From assembly GCF_964213995.1 (NCBI RefSeq), contig NW_027590185.1:372001-436000 (forward strand): a stretch of DNA of 64,000 bases, read 5' to 3'. The DNA is from Mustelus asterias (lineage: Eukaryota). Position numbers and translations under genes: made by a program. Shown here piece by piece: positions 21,102 through 34,900 of the stretch; position 1 is the stretch's first letter; the number at the start of each line of letters is the position of its first letter. The notes under the pieces were generated by a model. It did no database searches. It was given only the letters and a program-made list of their open reading frames with translations, and was not told the DNA's origin.

Positions 21102-22408
21102 TATTTCTTGGCCAGTGATCTCCTTGAATCGTATGTTTGGAGATATAGATATATTTACTATTGCAATCCTTTAAATTAAGCGACTGTTGTACAGAAAGCT
21201 AAAACAGAAGGAGAGGAAGAGTCCCGGGAAATTGTTTACCAATATAAAGTCGCAATGTGATAACTGGGTAGCAGCATGTTAACAAGAGTGCTGACTGGTC
21301 AGATACCATCTCTCTAGTTCCTGTTCCACCATCTGATCGCGTCACTGCTCTGGGCGGCACTTGTGTTTGGAATTCAGCCCCGCCCCTTCCCTCCTCACGC
21401 TACTTGTTCAGAAAAGAATACATTTGGCCATGTAATCTGTCATTGAACTTTATTATAGATGCAAAGAAATGAAAATGGTGAATGAGAGAAACTGGCAGAG
21501 CGGCAACAGTCCTGAAATAGAGGAAAAATGCAGAGCAAACAAGACACAAATGAAAAAGGAAAGGATGAGTTATGCAAACGGAGGAATAAATTATGTGCTG
21601 ATATTCATAAGGTGCCATATATTTTTGTGTTGTTCTATCTCTTCGCGAGTTATCGGCGATTATAGCAAGGCCACTATTTATTGTCCATCGCGAACTTCAC
21701 ATAAATACGTTGTGCTCTCATCCTGAGTACCACGCCAGTGTGACTGTTGAAGGTGCTTCCACGATGTTATTCTGGAGGCACTTCTAAGATTTTGAACGAG
21801 AGACAAAAACAGGAACGGTTGTTTATGCCGGAGTTAGGATTGGATATGATTTATTGAATCACTGGATAAAACGACACAGAAGGAAAGCATTCGGCTAAGT
21901 TGTTTGTACTTCTAATCTGCAAGAGCTATTCCTTCAGATCAGATACATATTATTTGTCCTCTACTTTGGTCTTTTTCCAACGTGCTGTTGCTTCTATTTA
22001 TCACTGCATATGCCTCCACCAGTCTTTCAGGCAGTGTTTTGAAGATCATAAGGCGTGCTTTGAACATAATCATAAATTTCTCCAGCATTTCTATTTACCG
22101 ATGATCTTTAATCAGTATCTTCTCATTGTCATCCCTGCTGCCCATGTAAATAATTCCTCGTCATATATTAGTTAAAACCCTTTCATTAATTTTGACACTT
22201 CATTTTAAATTCACGTGAACCTTCTCTTTTCCAAAGGAACAATTCAGTTTCTCTATTCACTAAGCGGAAGTGATGCCTACAATCCTCGACAACAATTTGT
22301 CAGAACAAAACTGTTAGTTTTTTAAATCATCATATAAACGAGGGATTTTATTTTTCGTGGTTGGAAGATGCCTTTGTTGAACTCCCCGGTTTCGTTGTGT
22401 TTTAACGA

Positions 22409-22739
22409 GGTTTTTGCATGGGTCGCAGCCGGTTTGAAGCACCATGATACTCAATCCACAGAAATAGAAGACGCTGTCTTTAGTCTCCATTTGCAAAACT
22501 TGACAAAGAGAAAACCTGATATTGAATGAAATATCGAGCATCGAATTTTCCTTTGGAAAACACGGTGTTCTTGCGCCTGGTGTTATCCCGATACAATATA
22601 AACTGGAGCGGCTGGTTCGGGTACAGCCCGTGCTAGTAGCAATCCGGATCAACGGAACTGGAGTTCAATTGCACATCAGCTCCCTCAGGTACCTTTAACT
22701 TAGGTTGACATTGTGTAACCGAATTCCATTGTATTTTAC
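22409..22739 (-). pseudogene. TCR alpha/delta V pseudogene
   Basis: Acceptor TTTTGCAG; NSVTQ..PEGADVQL..QPLQFILYRD..DSVFYFCGL with stop and frameshift; RSS CATGGTG-22-GCAAAAACC. Confidence 0.75.
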
Positions 22740-23399
22740 CTGCAAAATAACATTTAAAACATTAGAAAACCGCTTTGTTGATTACGAGCGTATCTCTCCC
22801 TCTTCGAAAATAAGGACAATCAATCGCAATCTAACTATTACAGGAGGCATTTGGATTATGTACCCGAGAGAAAGGAGTACATCTCAATATTTGGATAGTA
22901 TAGGGGACAGACTGACAATTCACATCAATGAAGGCTTCACATATTCCTTTATACCCATTAAAAAGGAGATGAGGGAAAGTTGAATAGATGTCATTTCTAC
23001 AGTGCTGCCAATATATTCCAGAATCTAACGTGCAATTCTTTTTGACCACGTGCCCACAGTGAGTTTAGTTTCCTTGAGACACGATCATTCCGTTGATGCT
23101 CCGAAACGCTTTTCAGAACAAACAGCAGAAATGCCTCCGTGAAAGATAGAAACAAAAAACACACATGAGCGCTGGTCCGTTTCGATCGAAAGTATCACGC
23201 ATGTGCGTGCTGAGGGGATGGTCTAGTGTAGTGTTAGTTGACACAGAAAGCAGAGTAATATAAACAGACAAATAATCCAGTGTTTTATAAATAAATGCAA
23301 GGTACCTTGCTGCATTAATGAATGCAAACCTTGTGTAATATAAACATAATCAGTGTCCAATACATTTTAACAGGAACGTATTCTAGTAAAGCACTAAAT

Positions 23400-23442
<43 letters not shown>

Positions 23443-23472
23443 TATGTATGTGTGTGTGTGGGTGTGTGTGTA
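23400..23472. repeat. Compound microsatellite (AT)n(AG)n(TG)n
   Basis: Directly visible. Confidence 0.95.
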
Positions 23473-24250
23473 TGCTGTAATTGTATTTTTAAAATAATGG
23501 ATCAGGTATGGGCGTCACTGGTCAGACCTGGATTTATTGTCCATCCCTAGTTGCTCTTGAGAAGGTGGTGTTCCGCTGCCTTCTTGAACCTCTGCTGTCC
23601 CCGAGGTGTAGGTACACGCACAGTGCTGTTAGGAATCTGAGGAAGCGTCTGGTATAATTGAAACAAAGACATGGTTTAGTTCTGATTTAATTGACACAGA
23701 GACGATGTTTACGGACTGACAATCATTTAGGAATGGAAAAACATATCTTCTTCATTGCAGTAACTACTGATACAGGGTATAGTGTATTCAGGACGCGGAC
23801 ATGTCTACTACAGTAATAACTGCGACAGAGACGGGACTTATATCGACAAGATACACCTTTTTCTAATGTAAGTAGTGCATTGTCTTGTGCTGTAATAAGT
23901 GAGCGAGGTCCAAGCGCAATATTAGCAGCTGCCAAGCTAGAAACAGGGCACAGCAATACAGCACGGTAACGACATAAGTTACAGATAAGGAGACATGGTG
24001 CAGAAATAATAGACAACTCGGCAAATGACATGTGCAATATCCAATACAACAGAAATGTAGACAAGCTCTGTACTGTCGTAGAAACAGAGGCAGGGCCTAG
24101 TCTTTTAAAAACAGATACATATTCTGGTGCACGCATAGCTGAGGCAGGGTTTTACTGAAATATAAACTGAGGTAATTTGCGTGCATTAATAACTGAGGGA
24201 GGATGATTGTAATATACACATTTGAACGGCATAACATTAATAGATAGAAC

Positions 24251-24596
24251 ACGGCACCCTAGCACAGTGGTTAGCACAGCTGCTTCACAGCTCCAGGGAC
24301 CTGGGTTCGATTCCCGGCTTGGGTCACGGTCTGTCTGGAGTTTGCACATTCTCCTCGTGTCTGCGTGGGTTTCCTCCGGGTGCTCCGGTTTCCTCCCACA
24401 GTCCAAAGATGTGCGGGTTAGATTGATTGGCCATGCTAAAATTGCCCCTTAGTGTCCTAGGATGCGTAGATTAGAGGGATTAGCGGGTAAAATATATAGG
24501 GATATGGGGGTAGGGCCTGGGTGGGATTGTGGTCGTTGCAGACTTGATGGGCCGAACGGCCTCTTTCTGTACTGTAGGGTTTCTATGGTTTCTATG
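24251..24596 (+). mobile_element. HE1 V-SINE
   Basis: tRNA-like head (AGCACAGTGGTTAGCAC, GGTTCGATTCC), V-SINE core, CR1-derived tail. Confidence 0.85.
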
Positions 24597-27248
24597 CGAC
24601 CATATAGTGTGATACAAACAGGGTGCGATATGAGCAGAGAGAGAATCTTATGCAGCAGAAATTGGGAATGGCCTTAAGCATTATGAACAATAACTTGTTC
24701 TCGTGCACTAAGTAATGCAGGCCTAAGACTAACACAAGGAAAGCAATGAATCAGGTCCCAGTGTAATAAATCTGCAGCATAATTCAGTGCACTTATGTCA
24801 AAGAACTGGCCAACTGTAACATTAACAGAGATGTGCTCTATAGAAGCCGATTCTTCTCTAATGCAAACAGGGACACAGTTGAGCTGAGTGCATGGAAAAG
24901 GGACGATCTGACTTTACATTATCATGGAGTGATACCATATAGTATAAACAGAAAGTTGTCGAGTGTAATATGAAATCAGGCAATGGCCTCAGGAAACGTG
25001 GGCAGGGAGAACGTCCAGTTTAATAATAAATTAGCTAAGACATATAATAAAATGTAAAGATATATTTTGCTGCTTACAACAGACACAAACCCTCAGTTAA
25101 GCACAAGGATGATCCAATGAAGTATTACATGAGGCAGGATCTGGTTGTTATCACCAGAAGCCTACTCGTATGCCAAAATAAAGAGGACTTCTTGCAATAT
25201 CAACAGAAATACATCTGGTGCAAAGTGACTAGAGACATTGCCTGATAGAGCAAAAACTGGGAGAGGACCTCCTTTAAAAATCATTGACATGGGAAAGGTC
25301 GACAGTCTGGAAACATAGCTTGAACCAACTGCCACCAGGTGGACGTAGACTGCTATGACACGAGTTTCTCTGACCTCGACTGCTGATGGATGTCTCCGGT
25401 AAACGTAGATTTGGCTGAGCACCAATTTCTCTGTTCTCGTTCGCAGCGCAATTCCGACCAAACTCTTTCACCCAGGCCCGAACAACGTAGTGTACAGATG
25501 TCAGGACTCCCCTGAACAAGGCCTTGGCCTGCCTCTCCAGTTCAGAATGGAGCCACTCTCAACTGTCGTCCCCAGAACATTACAAGATTTATAAATATAA
25601 AGATTTAAATTCAAATTTGGATAAAATAAATTGAAGGATTGGAAAAATAAAAGTACATCTATCTGAAGGGGTTTTTGATATGCGAATTAGCAAAGCAGCA
25701 GGGAAACAATTGTTTACATGAGTAACTATGGATTGAAATGAAGAGTTGTACTTAAGATAGCATAACATCAAAAGGAATGGAAACTATAGCCATGGGAGCA
25801 GAGTACAGGAGGAGAGGCTTAGCGGCTACAATAGCCACAGCCATCTGTAGGAAGCAGACTCTGCAGAAAGGCAATGTACTGAAATAAGCTGCTGTAAAAA
25901 AACTCTAACACAGAAGAACCGCTACGCGGGACTGAAAAAAGTTTTCCCAAACCGAAAAGTAACCTGTGGGTGGTCACTGTAATCTGCATTAAACTCATAG
26001 TCATATAATTTCGAATGATGTTCGGGAGAGGGGCAGTTCTCAGAGGTCAGGAAACTGGACAGCTGGGAAAAGGGGTCAACCTCATGAGATACTTTGTGTG
26101 TGCAGCCATCATTGAAGTTAACGGTTCTGCTGAAGTGCCTTTTTTGATGTGTGCCTGCTTTAATTTAATAATTATCCATTACTAATTATTTGCAACAAGG
26201 CTGGGCCATGTCTCACTCATTTCCTTTTTTATATACGTTATGTCAAATTGAAAATTTCCACAACAAAAAATTGGTGTTCCAAATAATTCTTGTGTACTTT
26301 GGGATGCCCTCACATTTAACATCAGAGAGGTTCTTAACAAACACCACAGCATTGGGTGCCTTTACAGGTTAAATTGAATCGAGGAGTTAGCTGCCCCATA
26401 ATGTTCCGAGAGATCAATTTTCTTTCTCAGGAGGTCAACCTTCCGGCCTCAGAATTTCTATTTACCGAAAATAACCCTATCCACCACTCTCGTAGGCAAA
26501 GTGTTCTGGGTGCTTAGTACTCACTGCGGAAAAATGTTCCTCCTCCATCGTCCTCACCCCCTCTGTCCATTGCCCATAACCTTAAAAATATGTTCCCTTC
26601 CATACCCCTACCCTATCTTCCGTTAGCACCACCAGCTAATGGGAACATCTTTCCTTTATCTACCTGAGCGAAACCTGGCCTAATTTCATCCACCTCGATT
26701 ACATCTCTCCTCAATCTCCTCCGCTCCCTTGGAGAACACCTACAGCATCATCACCTTCTGGCTAATTTGTGAACGTTTCAAAACGAAACTTATTCAAAGA
26801 TATTTCTCCATGGGGTTTAACTAGAATTGGTCAACTTTTGAAAAACTGGTATCGAACTGAAATATCTTGTGAACTTCTTAGCACTAAACAGACTTAAATA
26901 AATTCTTCCCTCGTATTTGACAAGTGTTGGTCAACTTTTTCGAAACTCGTTTCAGCATTTTCCAAAGTAACTTTTCCATACCATCATCCAGGCGGCTCCA
27001 ACTTTTTAAAAAATAGCTTAAACTTATCAAAATGTTTTCCAAACAATATAGCAAAAGTTCGTTAAAAAAAGCTCGTTTTAAACATATTTAAGGCTCATCT
27101 TTCAGTAGAATTTAACTTTAAATACACGGTTTATGTTGAAAAACTAAGATAAATCTCTCCAGAGAAATTTATCTGAGTTGGTCTAAAGTTATTAAAGACA
27201 GTCATCAAAAGTAACATGGAATTTGTAAACTTCTTTTAAAAGTTGCAC

Positions 27249-27321
27249 CGAACAAGTCAGAAATCGAACTTGGAACCATCTACCCCATAGTCAGACACTT
27301 CATCCATTGCGCCACTGGCCC
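27249..27321 (-). pseudogene. tRNA-Arg(ACG)-derived pseudogene
   Basis: GGGCCAGTGGCGCAATGGATGAAGTGTCTGACTATGGGGTAGATGGTTCCAAGTTCGATTTCTGACTTGTTCG is colinear with vertebrate tRNA-Arg-ACG; anticodon mutated, stems broken. Confidence 0.75.
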
Positions 27322-27569
27322 ATATGCAAATGTATGGCAGTTGTTCCATATTGGCTCGACGCTTCGGAATAGGGCAGAAGCTTTGTCAAAATTATTTGTT
27401 TACTTATGAGGATAGGTTCCATCATTGTGATTTTCTTTATTCATTTGTAGTCATCCCTAATTGCCCTTGAATTGAATTGCTGAGTTAATCTGCCATGTTG
27501 CAATTAAAGACAATAATTCTGTCCAACCACTAACCACTCCCCTCACTGGATCAATAATCGAATATTACT

Positions 27570-27745
27570 TGAGGTGGAGATGTCCGGCGTTGGACTGGGG
27601 TGGGCAAAGTAAGAAGTCTCACATCAGGTTAAAGTCCATCACGTTTATTCGGAATTTCGAGCTTTCGGAGTGCTGCTCCTTCATCAGGTGAGTGATTCCA
27701 AATAAACCCTTTGGACTTTAAGCTGGTGTGAGACTTCTTACTGAA
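27570..27745. mobile_element. Penelope terminal-repeat fold-back fragment
   Basis: Opposed copies of the terminal repeat. Confidence 0.7.
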
Positions 27746-27899
27746 TTTTACTTGAAAAGAATATTTTACAAGCATATGACACTGGCTGTTACATATGCCT
27801 CAAGATGCATTCGGAAAAAAGAATAGAAGTGCTGAAAATCCACTACAAACTGAGCACGAAAAGAGATGCTCATATTGTTGCTCAGCACACATTTTATCA

Positions 27900-28350
27900 G
27901 TTCGTGCAGTGGCTACAAGAGCAGGTCAGAGGCTGGGAATCTTGCGGTGAGGAATTCACCTCCTGAGTCCCTAAAACCTGGCCACCATTTACAAGGCACA
28001 AGTCAAGAATGTGATGGAATATTTTCCACTTGTCTGGATGATGCATGAACTCACCAAATGCACCTTAGAGAGCAGCTTCCAAACCCAAGACCACTATCAC
28101 CTGGAAGCTCCCCTCCAGGCCAATCACCACACTGTCTTGGAAATACATCGCTGTTCCTTCACTGTCACTGGGACAACGTCCTGGAATAACGAAGCCCTCC
28201 CACCCCACCCCCAACAGCTCTATGGATGTGCCTAAACCAATAGACTGCAGCGGTTCAAGAAGGCAGCTCACCAACACCTTCTCAAGAGCAATTACTGATG
28301 GGTAATATTGCTGACACAACCAGCTACACCCACATCTCGTTGTTGAATAA
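27900..28350 (+). mobile_element. Degraded LINE ORF2 C-terminus and 3'UTR
   Basis: AGQRLGILR...TIYKAQV..VMEY; 3' part homologous to 890-1201. Confidence 0.6.
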
Positions 28351-28879
28351 AAAGAAACATCCAGCCGGATCCCTGAAAGGGCAATCATGGTGTCCCTTGA
28401 ACAGGTGAATGGTGATAAAATGAATGTCTCCTTACAAGTCAAATCTTTTGAAAATATTTTTCTAGCGAGTGTGTTGTGCTGACGGATTCCCTGCAGTTTG
28501 TACTTAGATTCTCAAACCAAACCACATGTGAACGCATCTCGAAGTCTCTATCGGAAAGAAATGAACAAAACCTGCGGATTGGGCAATAGAAATCAACATT
28601 ACGTGGCTCGCCCTAGACCAACGAGCGTGCCCTTCCGGTGCATTAACCAAAATATAACTAATTTGTTTGTATCCAAAGCAGCGCAGACATTTCTGATAAA
28701 AGCCATCAGTGTTGGAAAAAATCAGCACGTCAGCATTTGAGGACTGAATGCACAGTGGTATTGTCACTGGACTAATAATGCAGAGACACAGGGTAACGTC
28801 CTGGGGAACTGCTTTAGAATCCCACTCTGGCATTCATATCAGAGTTATGCATTGATGATGGTTTTGGGTGACATGTTCC

Positions 28880-29090
28880 CCCTGCGCTGCGTGGGTTTCG
28901 TCCTGTTGCTCCGGTTTCCTCCCACACTCCAAAGATGTGTCTGTTAGGAGCATTGGCCACGCTAAATAGCCTCTTAGTGTCCGGGGATGCGGAGGCTAGC
29001 AGTGTAAATATGTGGGCCTACGAGTCTGTTGTTGGTGCAGACTTGATGAGCCAAATGGCCTACTTCTGCACTGGAGGGTTTCCATGATGT
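28880..29090 (+). mobile_element. Partial HE1-like SINE
   Basis: V-SINE core and tail. Confidence 0.65.
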
Positions 29091-30988
29091 TGCTAACTCG
29101 AATGTTAGGAACTGGACGCTTTTGAGTATGAAGTACACATTTTACCCGCTACACAGCACAAACAATGCCGAGCGCCAAGCTCAACGGAGGTGATTTGTTT
29201 TCAGCATACCAACAGTAATACCAACCTTGACAACTCATCATAATATGTCACGTCAAACAATATAAGTTCGCTATCAATGCTAAAATAATATTTCTGCTTC
29301 GACATTTGTTTTTAATGACGTTTTCTCCGTCTTGTTACTGGCTGCGGTTGTGAGCCTGCAATTCATGTCCCTATCAGAGTCCATGTCCCTCAATACAAGA
29401 AGGCAACCGTTACTTTCAACGTGATGCCTCAACGTATCTGGAATGTCAAAATTTAAAAGCGTTCATCCCGCAAATGTCTAAGGGAACAGTGATTTCTGCT
29501 GTAAATCATAGAATCATCGAATATGCTCAGTCATTAATGCATCATTCTCATCTTCCGTCGAACAATTTCAAACAGTATTTGTTCTTCATTCAACATTTAA
29601 AATCTATACATTTAATTAACATATATGTCCTCATTCCGAATTGAATATCTCTGAAATGTACAAAAATGGAATGCAAACATGACTGACCAACAAAAGAAAT
29701 CGAGCCACCGGGTCATACACATACCAATCAAGAAATGTCTTTCTATTTGTCTCATTCAGTGAATTCATAATGATCAGAGAGTATGAGGATGCCGCAGTAA
29801 ATATGAAACGGATAAGTGAAGTCAGCAACACTCATTTCAGGTCATTTGTGATCTCTGCTGATGCATTGGTTGGAAATGAACATTCTTCACCTGATATAAG
29901 GAGAGATGGACTTAGGCGCATAGGATTCACAGAATAATAGGGAGTGAAATGGACAGAAACACAATGACAATGACAAGTCAGTGAAAGAGTTAGGGGGAGA
30001 TACAGTGAGAGAAGCAGATAGAAAAAGGAGAAGCAATGATTGAGATGGCAGAAGAAATTCAAGGAAGGCATAAAATCAACAGTATAAAGTACAATCTGAT
30101 ATGGGAAAGATTTATCTTGAAATATCATTTAAATTGAACTCTGATTGTGGAGCATAAGACCACAGGTTCATTTAAATAAATTTAAATTTGGGGCACAGAT
30201 CAAGGAAGTTGACGAATGTAGCAGAGTCCAAAAAAATATCGTGGTCTCCTAACAAGTAAGGCAAATTATAAGGATGGGTGCAGTTTTCTGAATTGGCGAC
30301 TTATGATGAGAATTATGAGAGTCCCCATTCCCCCAGTGCCATGCGTCTTATTGATTGATTAGGTGCAGTGGTCAGGAATACGTAATGAATGGGCTCCCTC
30401 TGTTGGCGGTGACTGTTAAATTGCCTTATTTCTGGAGATTCACTGTATTCATTATATTCTCAAATTATGTGAATGCCAAATGTTCCCTGATTTGTATTAT
30501 TGTTATTGTGATGTAAACTATAGGTTGTAGGACTAGTGTGAAACTGAATGCGAGTTGTTTTCTGCACAAATAGCTTTGAAATTTGCTGTTGAGTGCAATG
30601 ACGTTGGGTTCAACGCCTGCAATGTTCTGCGAACATTCCCCAATTTAAAAGTAATTCTTTAATTCAAACCGTGGTCGCAAACAATGGGTATATTCCCATT
30701 ACCATGACATTAATTGTATCGTAGCTCGATGCATTTCCATTCTCTGGTTTCCAGCCCACCACCGACTTGTAGAGCAAGAGCACAAAAGTGGCCTGATTGT
30801 CTTTTGGAAGAATGAGTCGAGTATGGTTCTGTGCTGGATCTGCCTGCCAGGTTGGATTTTGGGTGGTGGTTTCATCTGAGGTTAACTTGGTTTCCTCTGT
30901 GTGTGTGTTTGAGAGGCTGACAGCTCAGATAACATCTGGCCATTAAGCAATCCTCAATCGTCACGGGATCGTTCCTCCAGTGTAAGCA

Positions 30989-31160
30989 GGCTTTTGCACG
31001 AAGGTGGGCCTTCTTTCTATCATTGTGCGTCTGAACACGCAGTAATAAGCGGCAGCATCAGTCAGGCTCAGGTCTAATATATTTAAACTGATGAATTTCT
31101 TCGAGGCCTGGAGATCTACATAAAACCGACTTTTAGAAACATCTGCTTTATATTCATAAC
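30989..31160 (-). pseudogene. 3' half of a TCR alpha/delta V, truncated by an ERV LTR
   Basis: YEYKADVSKSRF...LSLTDAAAYYCVFR (31160-31028); RSS CACAATG-23-GCAAAAGCC; the LTR abuts at 31161. Confidence 0.85.
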
Positions 31161-33379
31161 TGTCAGGGGAAGTTTCTTGCTTCATACCACCAAAAAAGAC
31201 AAGCAGACATGAGTACAGTACAAACAGGCAACACAAGCTTTATTCCCTGTCCAAATAAAAAGCCACAGGCTTGGGGGAAGACAGCTGCTAGCCAACAGCT
31301 TTCTGTGGCCATTGTGCGCTTTACAATTTATAGGGTTTTGAACTTCGCGCCAAATGTATGGTAATGGGCTCATTCAAAGTGGTTGCTGATAACATGAATG
31401 GAACCCACGTGGGTTATTGTCATTCACTACAAGTTATGTGATCAGTAACTACTAAAACAAATAACACAAAGCAGTGACACAAAAGCGAAGTATTGAAAAG
31501 CCATTATAGATAGTTGGAGTTGATCTGTGGCTAATGATGAAGTGATCATATTTCCCCTGGGCTGATCTCATTCTGGAGGGTTCCCTTTGTGATTTGAAGT
31601 TCTTGCATAATCGAATCAGTTGAGCTATTGTCTATGTTTTCCCTGCCTGGAGTCTACAGTGATTAAGACTGAAGTGATTAGGGGGTGCAAGGAGCCTCTC
31701 CATGAGTCATTGTATTGCTGTGAGGTGCTGACAACATTTCCCATCATTCATTACCGGGCAAAGAACAACAAAGAACAAAGAACAGTACAGCACAGGAAAC
31801 AGGCCCTTCGGCCCTCCAAGCCTGTGCCGCTCCTTGGACCAACTGGATCATTCGTTTGTATCCCTCCATTCCCAGGCTGCTCATGTGACTTTCCAGGTAA
31901 GTCTGAAACGATGCCAGCGTGTCTGCCTCCACCACCCTACTTGGCAGTGCATTCCAGGGCCCCATCACTCTCTGTGTAAAAAACGTCCCTCTGATATCTG
32001 AGTTTTACCTCGCCCCTCTCACATTGAGCCCGTGATGCCTCGTAATCGTCACCTCCAACCTGGGAAAAAACTTCCCACTGTTCACCCTATCTATACCCTT
32101 CATAATTTTGTACACCTCTATTAGGTCTCCCCTCATTCTCTGTTTTTCCAGGGAGAACACGCCCAGTTTACCCAATCTCTCCTCATAGCTAAGACCTTCC
32201 ACACCAGGCAACATCCTGGTAAACTTTCTCTGCACTCTCTCTAAAGCCGCCACGTCCTTCTGGTAGTGCAGCGACCAGAACTGGATGCAGTACTCCAAAT
32301 GTGGCCTAACCAGCGTTCTATACAGCTGCAACATCAGACGCCAGCTTTTATATTCTATACCCCATCCTATTAAGGCAAGCATACCATATGCCTTCTTCAC
32401 CACCTTCTCCACCTGTGCTGCCATCTTCAAGGATTTGTGGACTTGCACACCTAGGTCCTTCTGTGTTTCTATACTCTTGATGGCTCTGCCATTTATTGTA
32501 TAACTCCCCCCCCCCACATTAGATCTTCCAAAATGCATCACTTCGCAGTTATCTGGATTAAATTCCATCTGCCATTTCTCCACCCAATTTTCCAGCCTAT
32601 CTATATGCTGCTGTATTGTCCGACAATGTTCATCGCTATTCCCAAGTCCAGCCATCTTCGTGTCATCCGCAAACCTGCTGATAACACCAGTTACACCTTC
32701 TTCCAAATCATTTATATATCTCACAAATAGCAGAGGTCCCAGTACAGAGCCCTGTGGAACAGCACTGGTCACAGATCTCCAGCCAGAAAAAGACGCTTCG
32801 ACTGCTACCCTCTGTCTCTTGTGGCCAAGCCAGTTTTCTACGCATCTAGCCACCTCTCCTTGTATCCCATGAGCCTTAACCTTCTTAACCAACCTGCCAT
32901 GTAGGACTTTGTCAAATGTCTTACTGAAATCCATATAGACGACATCCACGGCCCTTCCTTCGTCAACCATTTTTGTCACTTCCTCAAAAAACTCCACCAA
33001 ATTTGTAAGGCACGACCTCCCTCTTACAAAACCATGCTGTCTGTCACTAATGAGATTGTTCCGTTCTAAATGCGCATACATCCTGTCTCTAAGATTCCTC
33101 TCCAACAACTTCCCTACCACGTACGTCAAGCTCACTGACCTATAATTACTCGGGTTATCCCTGCTACCCTTCTTAAATAACGGTACCACATTCGCTATCC
33201 TCCAATCCTCAGGGACCTCACCTGCGTCCAACGAAGAGACAAAGATTTCCGTCAGAGGCCCAGCAATTGCATCTCTTGTCTCTCTGAGCAATCTAGGATA
33301 GATGCCATTAGGCATCATGAATTCGATATAACCGCGCAAAAATGTCCATGACATTAAGCATCAAAGTCGTCCCCTTCCA
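31161..33379 (-). repeat. ERV 3' LTR (interrupted by CR1)
   Basis: TG...CA ends, TATA and AATAAA; aligns with 42903-43505. Confidence 0.85.
31761..33310 (-). mobile_element. CR1 LINE inserted in the 3' LTR
   Basis: Open RT frame (ORF 32005-33354), (TTCTTTG)n tail, possible TSD GGCA. Confidence 0.9.
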
Positions 33380-33618
33380 CACCTCCTCTTGCTCCTGGGC
33401 GCCCTCCTTGCACCCCAGTGAGCACACCATCTTGATTGAAGAGTTCGATGATTTCTTAGAGATTCCAGAGTGTTTAAAAGATGTTCAATAATTCGTCAAA
33501 GAGTCTTTGGTTTCCTTCAGTTGACAGACCTGGCGTGAGCCATGCTCCTCCGAGCTCCAATGATGGGTGTCTGCTGGAGGTGTCTCCATGGCGGTCTTTA
33601 AATAAATCTTGTCGCTGC

Positions 33619-34900
33619 CTAGGCAGTGTGGTCGCGGAGCTGCGGTTGAGAAGGAGTCTCGGTGCGATACGCGGCGACAGCAGTTAGCCTGGGCACAAAA
33701 CCTTTACAAATTGCACTCAGACAGTCAGTCAGCACACAGCAAGCAATGACTATGCCAATTAGAACCATGGCTCCCTGCATTAAAAATACCCCCCATGAGC
33801 CCCCCATCAGCCAATCCATCCAACTGCTGTTGGGGATCTCATGTAGTTTGTCACTTCGTTGTGAATGTGTTCCGCTAAATTCGTAAGGTTCTCTGAGGCG
33901 TCAGGGATATATGTACAGCATTCTGTTCCTATTAAGGCACAGGTACCTCCCTTACTCGCAAGGAGATAATCTAAGGCTAGGCGGTTCTGTAGGGCTACTG
34001 TACTAAGGGCTATTAGCTCGCTGTTTACCTCTGCCCCAGCCTCCGCAGTAGCATTAGCAACTTCTTCCAGAATGCGATTTTCTTTTTGCACTCGTGCTGT
34101 GAGTTCGCCCCTCTGTAATCCTAGCCCTCCCAGGGAAGGAATAAGGATTCCCAGGTACGGAAAGGCCCCCCTCCTCTGGATACCCTCCTTCCATCGGCGA
34201 TGCTCCTTTAGGGTGGGGATGTGGTGTATGTAGGGAATAGCATAGCCTAGATAGCATGACCCTGCCCAATCATGGGGGAACCAAGGGTATGCCCTGTGAC
34301 CGCAGACAAAGTAAGTTCCATTATAAGCAGCAGGGCTGTTTAAAATTCCTGGCTGCAGAAGGATCTGCACCGTGCTGTTTGGTGCACACTGGACTCTAAG
34401 GGAACTATCAGGTGCTGCTGGCGTAATGTTGAAGGCGTGGCTACAGTCGCTCTTCCCGACTCTGAGGGCCCTGTCTGTCCCTGTTTTGGATATACAGACT
34501 GGCCTGATTGGGCGCCCTGTCCCAGTGGTGTTCGTCAGGGTCAGGGAGGGTGACTGGTGTGTGCGGTCATGACCCAGCAGTCGCCATCTACCGAGTGTCC
34601 CTGCCTTGCACCCAGCAGACTGTAGCTTCTCCTGTATAGATTTAAGGTGGTGCGTGAGGCTCCTGCCTGCTTCCTGTATAACCCACTCTACGGTCTCTTG
34701 GGCTCTCAAAGGGATTGGCCTGAGGGGGATTCCAACTTTGGAATGTGGGTACATATCCAGCATTTCGATGCATTCCATTTCTTAGCATATACACGCGACA
34801 AATACAAGTACGTATTTACATTCAACTCGCGTCGGTAACGTTTTGAGAGACAGTCTCCCCTGCCACGCAGTAAAGCATAAAAACAAACAGCGATATACAT
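33619..34900 (-). pseudogene. env: ERV env (gamma-type), frameshifted
   Basis: Signal-like start, IQRR cleavage site, ISD LQNRLALDYLLASKGG, CX6CC (CALIGTECC), TM segment; splice acceptor TTTTTCAG near 34926. Confidence 0.88.

Noticed and set aside
23700-25800. YYC-containing ORF at 23723-24136 and a possible decayed env-like region
   Set aside because: No Ig framework, RSS or recognisable motif; it would need a translated homology search
27249-27321. Functional tRNA gene
   Set aside because: Mismatched stems and a mutated anticodon; listed as a pseudogene
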